Source: Tubiluchus corallicola (taxonomy: Eukaryota > Animalia > Priapulida). From it: 31,238 nucleotides of DNA. A program made the position numbers and the translations under genes. Below the pieces are notes generated by a model, which had not been told where the DNA came from, ran no database searches, and saw nothing but the letters and a program-made list of their open reading frames with translations. The DNA is taken from NCBI GenBank assembly GCA_030141605.1, contig JAQGDQ010002450.1:1-31238 (forward strand). Direction: 5' to 3'. This document shows, piece after piece, positions 18,451 to 28,499 of this stretch; positions within the stretch are counted from its first letter, which is position 1, and each line of letters begins with the position of its first letter.

Positions 18451-19986
18451 TTGAGCCTTAATTCCCTAAACACAGTTTTTCCATACCAACAAGCTCCATT
18501 TTTTCGTTTACTTCTACCTTTCATAGCAGGAACACTACTACAAATATACTTCCCCATTTTCGACACCTATTTACTCTATGTTTTAGTAGTACTACTCATC
18601 GTATACATAGCCTTACATTTACGCAAAAAACCACAGCCAAACTATTCAACACGCTGGTTATTTGGAGTTTATATTTACCTGCTACTCATCCTCATAGGTA
18701 TTACTAACACATACATCCATCAAACAAAATACACAAAAATACCAGAAGAAATAGGCTACACATCAGCATTTCTCACTCTACAAAACCTACCTACCCCCAC
18801 CTCAAAAACAATAAAAACTACTGCTATAGCCACTGCTTATAAAAAAAACAAAACTTGGCACAAATGCTACGATAAAATACAAATTTACATTGCCAAAGAC
18901 AGCCTAAGCCAGCAACTCAACGAAAATGATCAAATCATAGCCAATATTAAACTTACTCCAATAAAAAATTACGGTAACCCACCTACATTTGACTATGTAT
19001 CTTATATGAAACGACAAGGTATCACACACCAAGCCTACATAAGAGCCAACAGATGGAAATTAAGAACCAAAACTTTTAACATCCGAAAATATTTTCTCAA
19101 CACCTTGCAAAAATATGGTATACACAACGAACAATATGCAGTACTATCTGCACTCACCTTAGGAGCTAAACAATATTTAAACAAAGACATCAAACAAAAT
19201 TTCTCTCGTTCAGGAGCAATGCATATATTGGCAGTATCTGGACTACACGTAGGCATCATCTACCTCATTATCAGCCAAATACTTAATCGCTCATATATAC
19301 ACCTAGTAAGATACGGCCGTTTTTTTAAAATAATCATCCTACTATTTTCCATTTGGTCATTTGCCTACCTCACAGCTTTCTCACCTAGTGTGCAACGAGC
19401 CAGCATAATGTTTTCCTTCATTATTATTGGAAAAAACCTAAGAAGGAGTACCAATATCTATAACACCCTTTCCGCAGCAGCTTTTCTACAAATATTCATC
19501 ACCCCACATAGCATCACACAACTTAGTTTTCAGCTTTCCTATCTCGCCATACTAAGCATTGTTTACTTCTATCCCAAATTATCCAATCTATACCAGCCAA
19601 AAAATTTTCTCCTAAGAAAGATATGGCAACTTACTGCAATAACCACCACTGCACAAATAGGCACAGCACCTCTTATTATTCATCATTTCCAAGAGTTCCC
19701 CTCTTATTCCCTATTTGCCAATTTCATTATCATTCCTCTTGCATTTGCACTACTCACTACTACCCTTGCCCTTTTTGCTTTTTCTAATCTACCCACCATA
19801 GCCTCATTTATCGCCATATTATTAAACCACGCCACTCAGTTTCTCAACTACACCACCCACAAGATAAGTACCCTACCCTTCTCCATCCTCAACTTCTCAC
19901 TCAACCAGTGGAGTGTATGGGCAATCTATCTCAGTATCTTCCTTGTATCCATACTTTTTATTCAAAGAAAAGAAAGTGATTTTTAA
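18451..19986 (+). CDS. comEC: ComEC/Rec2 family membrane protein (DUF4131/OB plus Competence domain; C-terminally short; start uncertain)
   Basis: NPPTFDY, GAMHILAVSGLHVG, SPSVQRASIM, SFQLSYLA, many TM helices. Confidence 0.9.
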   Translation: MSLNSLNTVFPYQQAPFFRLLLPFIAGTLLQIYFPIFDTYLLYVLVVLLIVYIALHLRKKPQPNYSTRWLFGVYIYLLLILIGITNTYIHQTKYTKIPEEIGYTSAFLTLQNLPTPTSKTIKTTAIATAYKKNKTWHKCYDKIQIYIAKDSLSQQLNENDQIIANIKLTPIKNYGNPPTFDYVSYMKRQGITHQAYIRANRWKLRTKTFNIRKYFLNTLQKYGIHNEQYAVLSALTLGAKQYLNKDIKQNFSRSGAMHILAVSGLHVGIIYLIISQILNRSYIHLVRYGRFFKIIILLFSIWSFAYLTAFSPSVQRASIMFSFIIIGKNLRRSTNIYNTLSAAAFLQIFITPHSITQLSFQLSYLAILSIVYFYPKLSNLYQPKNFLLRKIWQLTAITTTAQIGTAPLIIHHFQEFPSYSLFANFIIIPLAFALLTTTLALFAFSNLPTIASFIAILLNHATQFLNYTTHKISTLPFSILNFSLNQWSVWAIYLSIFLVSILFIQRKESDF

Positions 19987-20011
19987 AAACTTTAGATTTT
20001 CTTGTACTTAC

Positions 20012-20878
20012 CTACTCATCCTCCATATTAAAAAGGATTTCTTTTTCTTCTTTAGTCAAGCTATCATAACCTGAACGAGATATTTTTTCTAAGACCTTAT
20101 TGACCTCCTCCTGTTTCTTTACCTTGTCAGCATTGTATTCCATATCTGTTTTTGTTTTTTTATAAGTCACTTTCATCTTTCGTTTTGCAGTAAAAATACT
20201 AAATAGCACTTCCAACCACTTTCCCCATACCTTCCCCCTATGATAGCTCCTCATATAAAAATAGCCGTACAATGCCCCCCCCAAATGTGCAATATGGCCA
20301 CCCGCATTACCTGACTTGATATTTATCATATCCAACACAATAGAAATAAGAGCAATATATTTAATCTTAACATTGCCGACAAACAATAAATTGACTGCAA
20401 AGTTAGGTGTATGTGTTGCAGTAGCAATCACTATGGCTAATACCGATGCCGACGCTCCCAAAGCATAAGCTTCACTTGTATACTGTTCAAAACTAGGAAA
20501 GAAATTGAATGACAATATAAATAATACAGCTCCTGACAGACCTCCAAAAAAATACAAACTCAAAAAACGTTTTGCCTCAATATACATCAAAAAAATACGC
20601 CCAAACCAGAACAACCACAACATATTAAACAGTATATGAAAAAACTGCTCGTGCAAAAACATATACGTAACCAATGTCCAAGGCTTATACCACAAGGTAC
20701 CCAAATCTGAGGGTACAGCCAACCATTTTACCAATGAAAAACTGCTCTCAACCCCCATTAGCCAAAAAAATGTCTCAAAGATATTAATAGCCAAAAAAAC
20801 CCCTACATTGACATAAATAACCTTTATTAGTACAGAACTTCTCTTATAGGAATCCCTTATTTCATCTACTATACTCAT
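20012..20878 (-). CDS. Rhomboid intramembrane serine protease with cytoplasmic C-terminal tail
   Basis: PWTLVTYMFLH, HILFNML, GASAS, HIAHLGG, tail LEKISRSGYDSLTKEEK. Confidence 0.92.
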   Translation of the reverse strand: MSIVDEIRDSYKRSSVLIKVIYVNVGVFLAINIFETFFWLMGVESSFSLVKWLAVPSDLGTLWYKPWTLVTYMFLHEQFFHILFNMLWLFWFGRIFLMYIEAKRFLSLYFFGGLSGAVLFILSFNFFPSFEQYTSEAYALGASASVLAIVIATATHTPNFAVNLLFVGNVKIKYIALISIVLDMINIKSGNAGGHIAHLGGALYGYFYMRSYHRGKVWGKWLEVLFSIFTAKRKMKVTYKKTKTDMEYNADKVKKQEEVNKVLEKISRSGYDSLTKEEKEILFNMEDE

Positions 20879-20931
20879 CCCATTTCTTTTTTATAATGAG
20901 AGCAAAATAAAAAATATTACATCATCACTCC

Positions 20932-21729
20932 TTAATAAAACTCCTTAGAATGCTTATTCCAATACTTAATAAGGATAAACCCAAACAACATACCCCCAAG
21001 ATGAGCAAAATGAGCTACATTACTTGTTGTATTTGTTACACCCATAAACAACTCCACAGCACCATAAAAAATCACAAAATATTTTGCCTTAATTGGCATA
21101 GGAAAAAACAATAGCATCAACTCCGTATTAGGGAACAACATACCAAACCCCAATAGTATACCAAATACCGCTCCCGAAGCACCCACCGTAGGAATATTCA
21201 ACACCACACGTTCCACTCCCTTTACCACAGATATACTGCTTTGTATCAAATATTCATCAGTAGGATTATCAAAAAAAGCAAACGTTAAATTGAGAATATC
21301 ATTGTTTGCCCTTGGCAAATAGCTTTTCACAAAATCATTAAAAAGCTCAGGTGTAGGCGTATTCAAAAATGCCGTAGCATCACTCACCATTTTAGCATTC
21401 TCCCACCATAAAACTCCTGTATGACACAGTGCAGCCCCTATGCCCGTTACTATAAAAAATGTAAAAAAACGTTTAGCACCCCACACCATCTCCAGCATAC
21501 GTCCAAACAACCAAAAAGCGTACATATTGAACAACAAATGCCAAATACCACCATGCATAAACATATAAGTTACATACTGATAGGGTTGAAAATATTCAGA
21601 CTTAAAAAAGTGAAGTCCTAACAACTGGGTCATATTTAAACCTGTACGATTCAATAAACTTGCAAGGAAAAAGACTAGAACATTGATAATTAAAAGATAC
21701 TTAACAACAGGTGGGGTCCCTCTAAACAT
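20932..21729 (-). CDS. Rhomboid intramembrane serine protease
   Basis: TYMFMHG, HLLFNM, VGASGA, AHFAHLGG. Confidence 0.94.
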   Translation of the reverse strand: MFRGTPPVVKYLLIINVLVFFLASLLNRTGLNMTQLLGLHFFKSEYFQPYQYVTYMFMHGGIWHLLFNMYAFWLFGRMLEMVWGAKRFFTFFIVTGIGAALCHTGVLWWENAKMVSDATAFLNTPTPELFNDFVKSYLPRANNDILNLTFAFFDNPTDEYLIQSSISVVKGVERVVLNIPTVGASGAVFGILLGFGMLFPNTELMLLFFPMPIKAKYFVIFYGAVELFMGVTNTTSNVAHFAHLGGMLFGFILIKYWNKHSKEFY

Positions 21730-21758
21730 TACGACTTATTTATAAACATTAATTTCCA

Positions 21759-21766
21759 CAAAGATA
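21759..21766 (-). promoter_or_regulatory. -7 promoter element for the rhomboid pair
   Basis: CAAAGATA on + reads TATCTTTG on -, 29 nt upstream of the ATG. Confidence 0.7.
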
Positions 21767-21959
21767 GAAAAATAATATACTCATTTTTTTATTGAAAAGC
21801 AAAAATACATAATATAAATATCAGCTCTAAATTGGTAATGAGCTACAAGTTGATAGCATAAAATTATAGTTCTCCTACAACTCGTATCATTCTAATCATA
21901 GCTAAAATCAATCTCACAGACAAGAATAATACTTTTTATAAAAACAAGCACTATTTTAA

Positions 21960-22793
21960 TCATTCTTTTGGTGAGTTAAAAAAATTATTAAAATACAAAA
22001 GATGATATTCTACTGACCTGCTCCAATAATCTGCATTATGTTTTCCAGGACGCTCCATATAAGTATGAGAAATATTCATATACAATAATTTTTCGTGTAA
22101 AGCTCTATTCACCTTAATAAAATAATCTTTGTCCCCACAGTCAAAAATTATCTCTATAGAATTGGGAAGTAGTAAATGTGTTAAGTTAATAACTGAATTT
22201 TCTTCCCAATTTGCTTTATATGTATCATACTTTCCCAGCTTCTCTTGCATAGCATACCTATCAGAAAAAGGACGAATGTCCACACCACCGCATATACTTC
22301 CTGTTGCCCCAAAAACATCCTGATTCTTAAAGGCTATATACAACGCACCGTGCCCCCCCATACTTAAACCTGAAATAGCTCTTCCACTTCTATCTGCAAT
22401 AGTCTGATAATTACTATCAATGTAAAAAACTAACTCTTTGGCAATGTAGGTCTCATACTGAGATTTATCATCAAACGGACTATCAAAATACCAACTGTCA
22501 TATCCTCCATCTGGACAAACAACTATCATCTCGTACAAATCTGCTAACATCTTTATCTTTGGAGCCTCATTTATCCAGCCCGAATAATTTCCACTCCAAC
22601 CGTGAAGCAAATACACAACCGGAAAAGACTTATCGCCTTTTTTATAGTTATTGGGCAATATGATAACCGATTTTATAGATTTCTCCATCTTCTGACTGTA
22701 GGTGCGAATAGTATCTACCGTTGCAGACTTTAATACAATAGGAGCTAATAAAAACAAGAACAGAAACAAAAATTTTTTTATACTTCTCATCAT
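21960..22793 (-). CDS. Secreted alpha/beta-hydrolase esterase (CE1 / tributyrin-esterase-like)
   Basis: Signal peptide, PVVYLLHG, CPDG, nucleophile GLSMGG, DCGDKD, PGKH. Confidence 0.9.
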   Translation of the reverse strand: MMRSIKKFLFLFLFLLAPIVLKSATVDTIRTYSQKMEKSIKSVIILPNNYKKGDKSFPVVYLLHGWSGNYSGWINEAPKIKMLADLYEMIVVCPDGGYDSWYFDSPFDDKSQYETYIAKELVFYIDSNYQTIADRSGRAISGLSMGGHGALYIAFKNQDVFGATGSICGGVDIRPFSDRYAMQEKLGKYDTYKANWEENSVINLTHLLLPNSIEIIFDCGDKDYFIKVNRALHEKLLYMNISHTYMERPGKHNADYWSRSVEYHLLYFNNFFNSPKE

Positions 22794-22819
22794 TAAATAT
22801 TATTTGTTTGAAAAAACAT

Positions 22820-22827
22820 CAAATATA
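22820..22827 (-). promoter_or_regulatory. -7 promoter element for the esterase
   Basis: CAAATATA on + reads TATATTTG on -. Confidence 0.6.
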
Positions 22828-22940
22828 ATAAATTATTAACATTAAGGCTAATAGAAAAACCTCCTAACAATGGCACAAAGAATATGCTAAAAAGAAATAA
22901 TAGATGTGTTTTTGTACATTTTTCAATTCATCATTTTTAA

Positions 22941-22972
22941 TTGCTAATTTTTAATTTAATAAACTAACTTTG
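22941..22972 (+). promoter_or_regulatory. -33/-7 promoter for the nnr..tsaE run
   Basis: TTG (22941-22943), 21-nt spacer, TAACTTTG (22965-22972). Confidence 0.7.
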
Positions 22973-23010
22973 TATTTGTTTTTATCAAGCAATCAGTAGT
23001 CAAAAGTTTA

Positions 23011-24531
23011 ATGAAAATATTCAAATCCAAAGACATAGCTCTAATAGATAAACTAACCATAGAAAAAGAGCCCATTGTTTCTATAGATTTGATGGAACGA
23101 GCTGCTACTACTCTTGTTCAATGGATACTATCCCAACACCCTTCGCAAAAAGGATTTGTAATACTATGCGGTACAGGAAACAATGGAGGCGATGGCTTAG
23201 CAATAGCTAGACTACTTGTTGAGCAAAATAAAGAAATAAACACCTATATAATAAAAACAAGTAACAACTCTCTTTCGCCTGATGCAGCCATTAACTTAAA
23301 GCGACTGCAAAAAATAAGCAAAGCAAAACTAACTCAAATAGAAAGCATAGAAGAATTGCCTCCAATACCCAAAGAATATATCATTATAGATGCACTCTTT
23401 GGTACGGGACTCAACAAACCTATAACAGAAGGTTTATATGCTAATGTTATAAAACATATTAACAGTATTTCAAACAAAGTCATATCCATAGACACACCCT
23501 CTGGACTGTTTGGCGAAGAAAACCACACTATCCCCAACCAAGTCATTATTAAAGCCACATACACACTTACCCTCGAATTTCCCAAAATAGCACAACTACT
23601 AGCAGAAAATGAAGACTACATAGGAGAACTATGCACCATCCCCATAAAGCTACACCCCCAAGCAAAAAAAGAAATAGAAACCAACTACCACTACCTACAA
23701 AACAAAAACATAGCCCCACTACTAAAAAAAAGAAAAAAACACTCACACAAAGGTAACTATGGACACGCACTGCTCATTGCAGGAAACGAAGGCACAGTAG
23801 GAGCTGCTATCCTTGCAGCACAAAGTTGTATGAGAAGTGGAGTAGGACTACTGACCTGCTGCCTACCTAAAAAGGCACACACTCCATTGCACACTACACT
23901 GCCAGAAGCAATGACCACTCCCCACAAACTATCCAAACAAAAAAACATAAAAATCTTCTTGAAAAAATATACAGCTACAGCCATAGGTTGTGGTATAGGA
24001 GAAACAGAACATAGTTTAGAAAACTTAAAAACCCTCATAAAAAACACCACACAACCCCTAATATTAGATGCAGATGCCATCAACCTATTAGGAAAAAACC
24101 CCAAACTAATAAACCAAATACCTCCCAACAGCATACTCACACCACACCCCAAAGAATTTGAACGCCTCGCAGGAACAACTGTCAATCATTACCAACGCCT
24201 ACAAAAACTGTTGCAACTCTCTATTGCTCACAAAATCTATATTATACTAAAAGGAGCTAATACAAGCATAGCAACGCCCAAAGGAGAGTGCTACATAAAC
24301 TCAACAGGCAATCCCGGTATGGCAAAAGGAGGCAGTGGAGACATACTTACAGGCATTCTTCTATCATTGTTAGCACAAGGTTATACTCATCTGCATACTT
24401 GCCTAGCCGCTGTTTATTTGCACGGATTGGCAGGAGATATTACAGCCCAGAAACTTGAGTATGAATATATGACACCCTCTGATGTTGTGAGAAATTTAAC
24501 AAATGCTTTTAGAACATTAAAAAACAATTAA
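23011..24531 (+). CDS. nnr: Bifunctional NAD(P)H-hydrate epimerase/dehydratase
   Basis: LMERAA, GTGNNGGDG, DALFGTG, IDTPSG; HKGNYG, LDADA, LTPHPKEF, GNPGMAKGGSGD. Confidence 0.96.
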   Translation: MKIFKSKDIALIDKLTIEKEPIVSIDLMERAATTLVQWILSQHPSQKGFVILCGTGNNGGDGLAIARLLVEQNKEINTYIIKTSNNSLSPDAAINLKRLQKISKAKLTQIESIEELPPIPKEYIIIDALFGTGLNKPITEGLYANVIKHINSISNKVISIDTPSGLFGEENHTIPNQVIIKATYTLTLEFPKIAQLLAENEDYIGELCTIPIKLHPQAKKEIETNYHYLQNKNIAPLLKKRKKHSHKGNYGHALLIAGNEGTVGAAILAAQSCMRSGVGLLTCCLPKKAHTPLHTTLPEAMTTPHKLSKQKNIKIFLKKYTATAIGCGIGETEHSLENLKTLIKNTTQPLILDADAINLLGKNPKLINQIPPNSILTPHPKEFERLAGTTVNHYQRLQKLLQLSIAHKIYIILKGANTSIATPKGECYINSTGNPGMAKGGSGDILTGILLSLLAQGYTHLHTCLAAVYLHGLAGDITAQKLEYEYMTPSDVVRNLTNAFRTLKNN

Positions 24532-24535
24532 AAAA

Positions 24536-25693
24536 ATGATAAGAAAAAGACAAACACTCTTCAAATTCTTAATAGTCATACTGCTATTCATAAGCAATGC
24601 GAACTACTCCAAACCTAAAAACACAGAAGAACAACCAAGCCATATTCTGAGTTATGCCCTTCCCCACACAAGCTTGCAAATAACCATAAACACCACAAAA
24701 ACAAAGACACACACAGGAATTTTCAAAGAATATGCTAAAAAATACTTTGATTTACAAAACGTAATACAACAAGATGAAACCACTTGGACTATCAGTAGCA
24801 TAGAAATTACTACACACACAAAACCTTCAAAAAAGCAATACCAACTAATCCTTAATGGCAATGGCAACAACCCCAGTGTTCACCTATCAGAAGACGGAAT
24901 TTTGCTGGGTATTAATTTAGAACCTACAATCCACAACTTACAATCCACAACTTACAAGCCGCAACTTGAAAACTACAACCCCACAACTAAAACCAAAGAT
25001 ATAACATATGGACACATTGCCCACAACGAAATATACCAAATAAAAGAAGAAAATACCTTTCTTACTAAAGAAACAGATACAGGAACAACAATAGTGCCTG
25101 TAATAAAGAAGCAAATTATTCCTAAAAACATAGACTTAAAAGCTCTTGAAGCCTCTGAGTTTATTTACGAAGTAAGACAGCGAAAACTAGACCTTCTCTC
25201 TGCAGAGTATGAAACAGTGTTGCCCAATGGAGACGCTTACCAAGTAGCAGTAGAGCAACTCAACCTCATAGAACAACAACATTTAGAACTTTTTACAGGA
25301 ACCACTACCACCACCACACAACAATACCATTATACAATAACCCCTAATACCTCGCAAAAAACAACATTATGCTACTTCTCCAAACAAGCAGGAATATCTA
25401 AAAGCAAAGACCCCAAAAACACTCCCATAGACATACACTTTACCCTAGAAAAAAGCAATCATCAAACTATTGCCAGCACAAGTGTCCAAAACCTTTCGCA
25501 ACAAAAATTATATTACCAAAAACCCGCTAGAACGACAATAGAAATAATTCGCGGGAAACACATATTACACACAGAACAAATACTTATGCCACAATTTGGA
25601 GAACTAATATCACTACCTATACAAAATTTAACCCCCAACACACAAATAGAATACCACCCCAATACAGGTGCTTTGAAAAAAATAAGATATTAA
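24536..25693 (+). CDS. Exported protein, DUF4831-like
   Basis: Signal peptide; YALP, YAKKY, ELFTG, PQFG and TGAL pattern; follows nnr, as I recall it does in Bacteroidales. Confidence 0.72.
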   Translation: MIRKRQTLFKFLIVILLFISNANYSKPKNTEEQPSHILSYALPHTSLQITINTTKTKTHTGIFKEYAKKYFDLQNVIQQDETTWTISSIEITTHTKPSKKQYQLILNGNGNNPSVHLSEDGILLGINLEPTIHNLQSTTYKPQLENYNPTTKTKDITYGHIAHNEIYQIKEENTFLTKETDTGTTIVPVIKKQIIPKNIDLKALEASEFIYEVRQRKLDLLSAEYETVLPNGDAYQVAVEQLNLIEQQHLELFTGTTTTTTQQYHYTITPNTSQKTTLCYFSKQAGISKSKDPKNTPIDIHFTLEKSNHQTIASTSVQNLSQQKLYYQKPARTTIEIIRGKHILHTEQILMPQFGELISLPIQNLTPNTQIEYHPNTGALKKIRY

Positions 25694-25694
25694 A

Positions 25695-26882
25695 ATGAAA
25701 TATACAACCGACAGCAAAGGCTACTACGGAAAATTTGGAGGAGCTTATATTCCTGAAATGCTCTATCCCAATATCAAAGAACTAACAGAAAACTACCAAC
25801 AAATAATAAATGAAACTGCCTTTCAACAAGAATTCAAAGACCTACTCAAAAACTATGTAGGACGCCCTACTCCTCTCTATTATGCCACACGCCTATCTAG
25901 CCATTACAATGTTCACATATACCTAAAAAGAGAAGACCTTAACCATACAGGGGCTCATAAAATAAATAATACCATAGGTCAAATACTTCTGGCACAAAGA
26001 TTGGGAAAAACAAGAATAATAGCAGAAACAGGAGCAGGACAACACGGCGTAGCCACAGCCACAGTATGCGCACTGAAGGGGATAGAGTGCATAGTATATA
26101 TGGGAGAAACTGATATAAAACGACAAGCCCCCAACGTAGCAAGAATGAAAATGCTTGGAGCAAAAGTAGTTGCTGCCACCTGCGGAAATAAAACACTAAA
26201 AGATGCTACCAATGAAGCCATAAGAGACTGGATAAACAATCCTACCAATACACACTACATAATAGGCTCTTCTATAGGACCTCATCCCTATCCAGAAATT
26301 GTAACCCAATTTCAAGCCATCATAAGCCAAGAAATACAACAGCAATTACAAGAACAAACAGGCAATCCCAACCCCAACACCATTATAGCCTGCGTAGGAG
26401 GAGGAAGCAACGCCATTGGAGCTTTTTATCACTACCTTGAAAACAAAAAAATAAAACTCATAGCAGTAGAAGCCTCTGGACTAGGTATAAACACAGAAAA
26501 AACTGCCGCTACCATTGCAAAAGGGTCAGAAGGTATTATACACGGGTGCAAAACTCTATTGATGCAAAACAACGATGGACAAATCACTGAACCTTATTCC
26601 ATTTCAGCAGGATTAGACTACCCCGGAATAGGCCCAATACACGCTTTTTTGCACCAAACAGGCAGAGTAAAATACCTTAATGCAAATGATGATGAAGCCC
26701 TACAAGCAGTCTTGCAACTCGCCAGATTAGAAGGTATTATTCCTGCATTAGAAACAGCCCACGCTCTTGCTGTATTACCTAAAATAAAATTAAAAAAAGA
26801 CCAGACTGTAATTATCAACCTATCTGGAAGAGGGGATAAAGACCTTGAGACTTACATAAAAAAAATGAAGGATAAAATTTAA
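25695..26882 (+). CDS. trpB: Tryptophan synthase beta chain
   Basis: KREDLNHTGAHKINN, AETGAGQHG, CVGGGSNA, SAGLDYPG, NLSGRGDKD. Confidence 0.98.
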   Translation: MKYTTDSKGYYGKFGGAYIPEMLYPNIKELTENYQQIINETAFQQEFKDLLKNYVGRPTPLYYATRLSSHYNVHIYLKREDLNHTGAHKINNTIGQILLAQRLGKTRIIAETGAGQHGVATATVCALKGIECIVYMGETDIKRQAPNVARMKMLGAKVVAATCGNKTLKDATNEAIRDWINNPTNTHYIIGSSIGPHPYPEIVTQFQAIISQEIQQQLQEQTGNPNPNTIIACVGGGSNAIGAFYHYLENKKIKLIAVEASGLGINTEKTAATIAKGSEGIIHGCKTLLMQNNDGQITEPYSISAGLDYPGIGPIHAFLHQTGRVKYLNANDDEALQAVLQLARLEGIIPALETAHALAVLPKIKLKKDQTVIINLSGRGDKDLETYIKKMKDKI

Positions 26883-26967
26883 AGGAATATAATTAAATAC
26901 CTCGTATTATTGTTATTTAATAACACATTATCTAATTTCAACATAGCAACTTTTAATTCATAAAACA

Positions 26968-27744
26968 ATGAACAGAATAAATACATTATTTCAAAACAAA
27001 CTTAATAATATATTATCTGTTTATTTTACCGCAGGTTATCCACAATTAAACGACACTACTACCATCATACAGCAATTGTCGCAATCTGGAGCTGATCTTA
27101 TAGAAATAGGCATTCCTTTTTCTGACCCTTTGGCAGATGGTGAGACTATACAAAAGAGTAGCGAACAATCTTTACAAAATGGGATGAGCTTGGAAAAATT
27201 GTTCAAACAATTAAAAGATATACGAAAAACTATTTCCAGCACACCCCTTATACTTATGGGGTATCTCAATACTATATTACATTATGATGTTGAGAAATTT
27301 TGCAAGAGATGTAAAGAAGTAGGCATAGATGGAACTATTATACCTGACCTTCCGATAGACGAATATATTAAGCAGTATCAAAAGCTCTACAAACAATACA
27401 ACCTTAAAAACATTTTTCTCATTACTCCACAAACTTCAGAAGAGCGAATAAGGTACATAGATAAAATATCCGATGCTTTCATCTACCTTGTATCATCTGC
27501 CTCTACCACTGGAACAAGAAACAGCATAGAGCAAGAACAAGAAAAGTATTTTCAACGGATACAAGCAATGGAGCTAAGAAACCCTCAACTTATTGGTTTT
27601 GGTATTTCCAACAACCAAACCTTCAAAAAAGCCTGCAAATACACTAGTGGAGCAATTATAGGAAGTGCTTTTATAAAGACACTAAACCGAAGTAATAATT
27701 TGGAAGAAAACATAAAAGATTTTGTAAATTCTATCACACAGTAA
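26968..27744 (+). CDS. trpA: Tryptophan synthase alpha chain
   Basis: TAGYP, IEIGIPFSDPLADG, LMGYLN, IPDLP, GFGIS, IIGSA. Confidence 0.97.
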   Translation: MNRINTLFQNKLNNILSVYFTAGYPQLNDTTTIIQQLSQSGADLIEIGIPFSDPLADGETIQKSSEQSLQNGMSLEKLFKQLKDIRKTISSTPLILMGYLNTILHYDVEKFCKRCKEVGIDGTIIPDLPIDEYIKQYQKLYKQYNLKNIFLITPQTSEERIRYIDKISDAFIYLVSSASTTGTRNSIEQEQEKYFQRIQAMELRNPQLIGFGISNNQTFKKACKYTSGAIIGSAFIKTLNRSNNLEENIKDFVNSITQ

Positions 27745-27746
27745 AT

Positions 27747-28433
27747 ATGAAAAAAGCTGTTATTCTGACATCAGGTGGGCTAGACTCTACTATATTGCTT
27801 TACCTTGCACAACACGAAGGCTACGATTGTCATACTATTACTATCAACTATGGACAAAAGCACAGCAAAGAGCTTAACAGTATAGAACAGACTATAAAAA
27901 AACTCAATATAAAGAATCATAAGAACATTCATCTCAACCTTGACGAATGGGGCGGTTCGGCTCTCACAGATAGCAATATAGATGTTCCAATTGCCATAGA
28001 CAATTCTAAACAAACACCTATCACCTATGTTCCAGCTCGTAATATGGTATTTTTATCTTTAGCTGCTTCTTATGCAGAAACTTTGCAAGCCCAACATATA
28101 TTCATAGGAGTTAGCCAAGTAGATTATTCAGGCTATGTAGATTGTCGAGCAGAATTTATAGAAGCAATGCAACAAGCCATAAACAAAGGTACTGCTCTTG
28201 GTGAAGAAGAGAAGAAAGCTATTAAGATACATACCCCTTTTATCAATATGACTAAGGCAGATGAAATAAAACTAGGACAAAAACTAGGAGTAGATTTTAG
28301 TCTCACATGGTCGTGCTACAACGGACGAGAAAAAGCCTGTGGCATATGTGATAGCTGCAACCTACGTTTAAAAGCCTTTGCAGATGCAAATATAGAAGAC
28401 CCTATACAGTACGAAATAAAAAAACCAACATAA
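27747..28433 (+). CDS. queC: 7-cyano-7-deazaguanine synthase
   Basis: SGGLDS, YGQKH, TYVPARN, DYSGYVDCR, Zn motif TWSCY..CGICDSC. Confidence 0.96.
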   Translation: MKKAVILTSGGLDSTILLYLAQHEGYDCHTITINYGQKHSKELNSIEQTIKKLNIKNHKNIHLNLDEWGGSALTDSNIDVPIAIDNSKQTPITYVPARNMVFLSLAASYAETLQAQHIFIGVSQVDYSGYVDCRAEFIEAMQQAINKGTALGEEEKKAIKIHTPFINMTKADEIKLGQKLGVDFSLTWSCYNGREKACGICDSCNLRLKAFADANIEDPIQYEIKKPT

Positions 28434-28499
28434 CATCAGCCATATATACACAAATATCAGTATTTTAGTATTGTATATTATTTTTTGACTTACTGAATA

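Noticed and set aside
20012-21729. Tandem rhomboids as a new duplication
   Set aside because: Highly divergent pair commonly seen together in Bacteroidota; both keep the Ser/His dyad.
21730-21959. 230-bp intergenic region as an ncRNA
   Set aside because: Only a short AGCTC/GAGCT stem; no recognisable RNA family or convincing structure.
27747-28433. QueC as part of a defence or DNA-modification system (QatABCD, type IV CBASS, Dpd), or with a preQ1 riboswitch
   Set aside because: Canonical length and motifs, no partner genes, queA present, and only 2 nt separate it from trpA.
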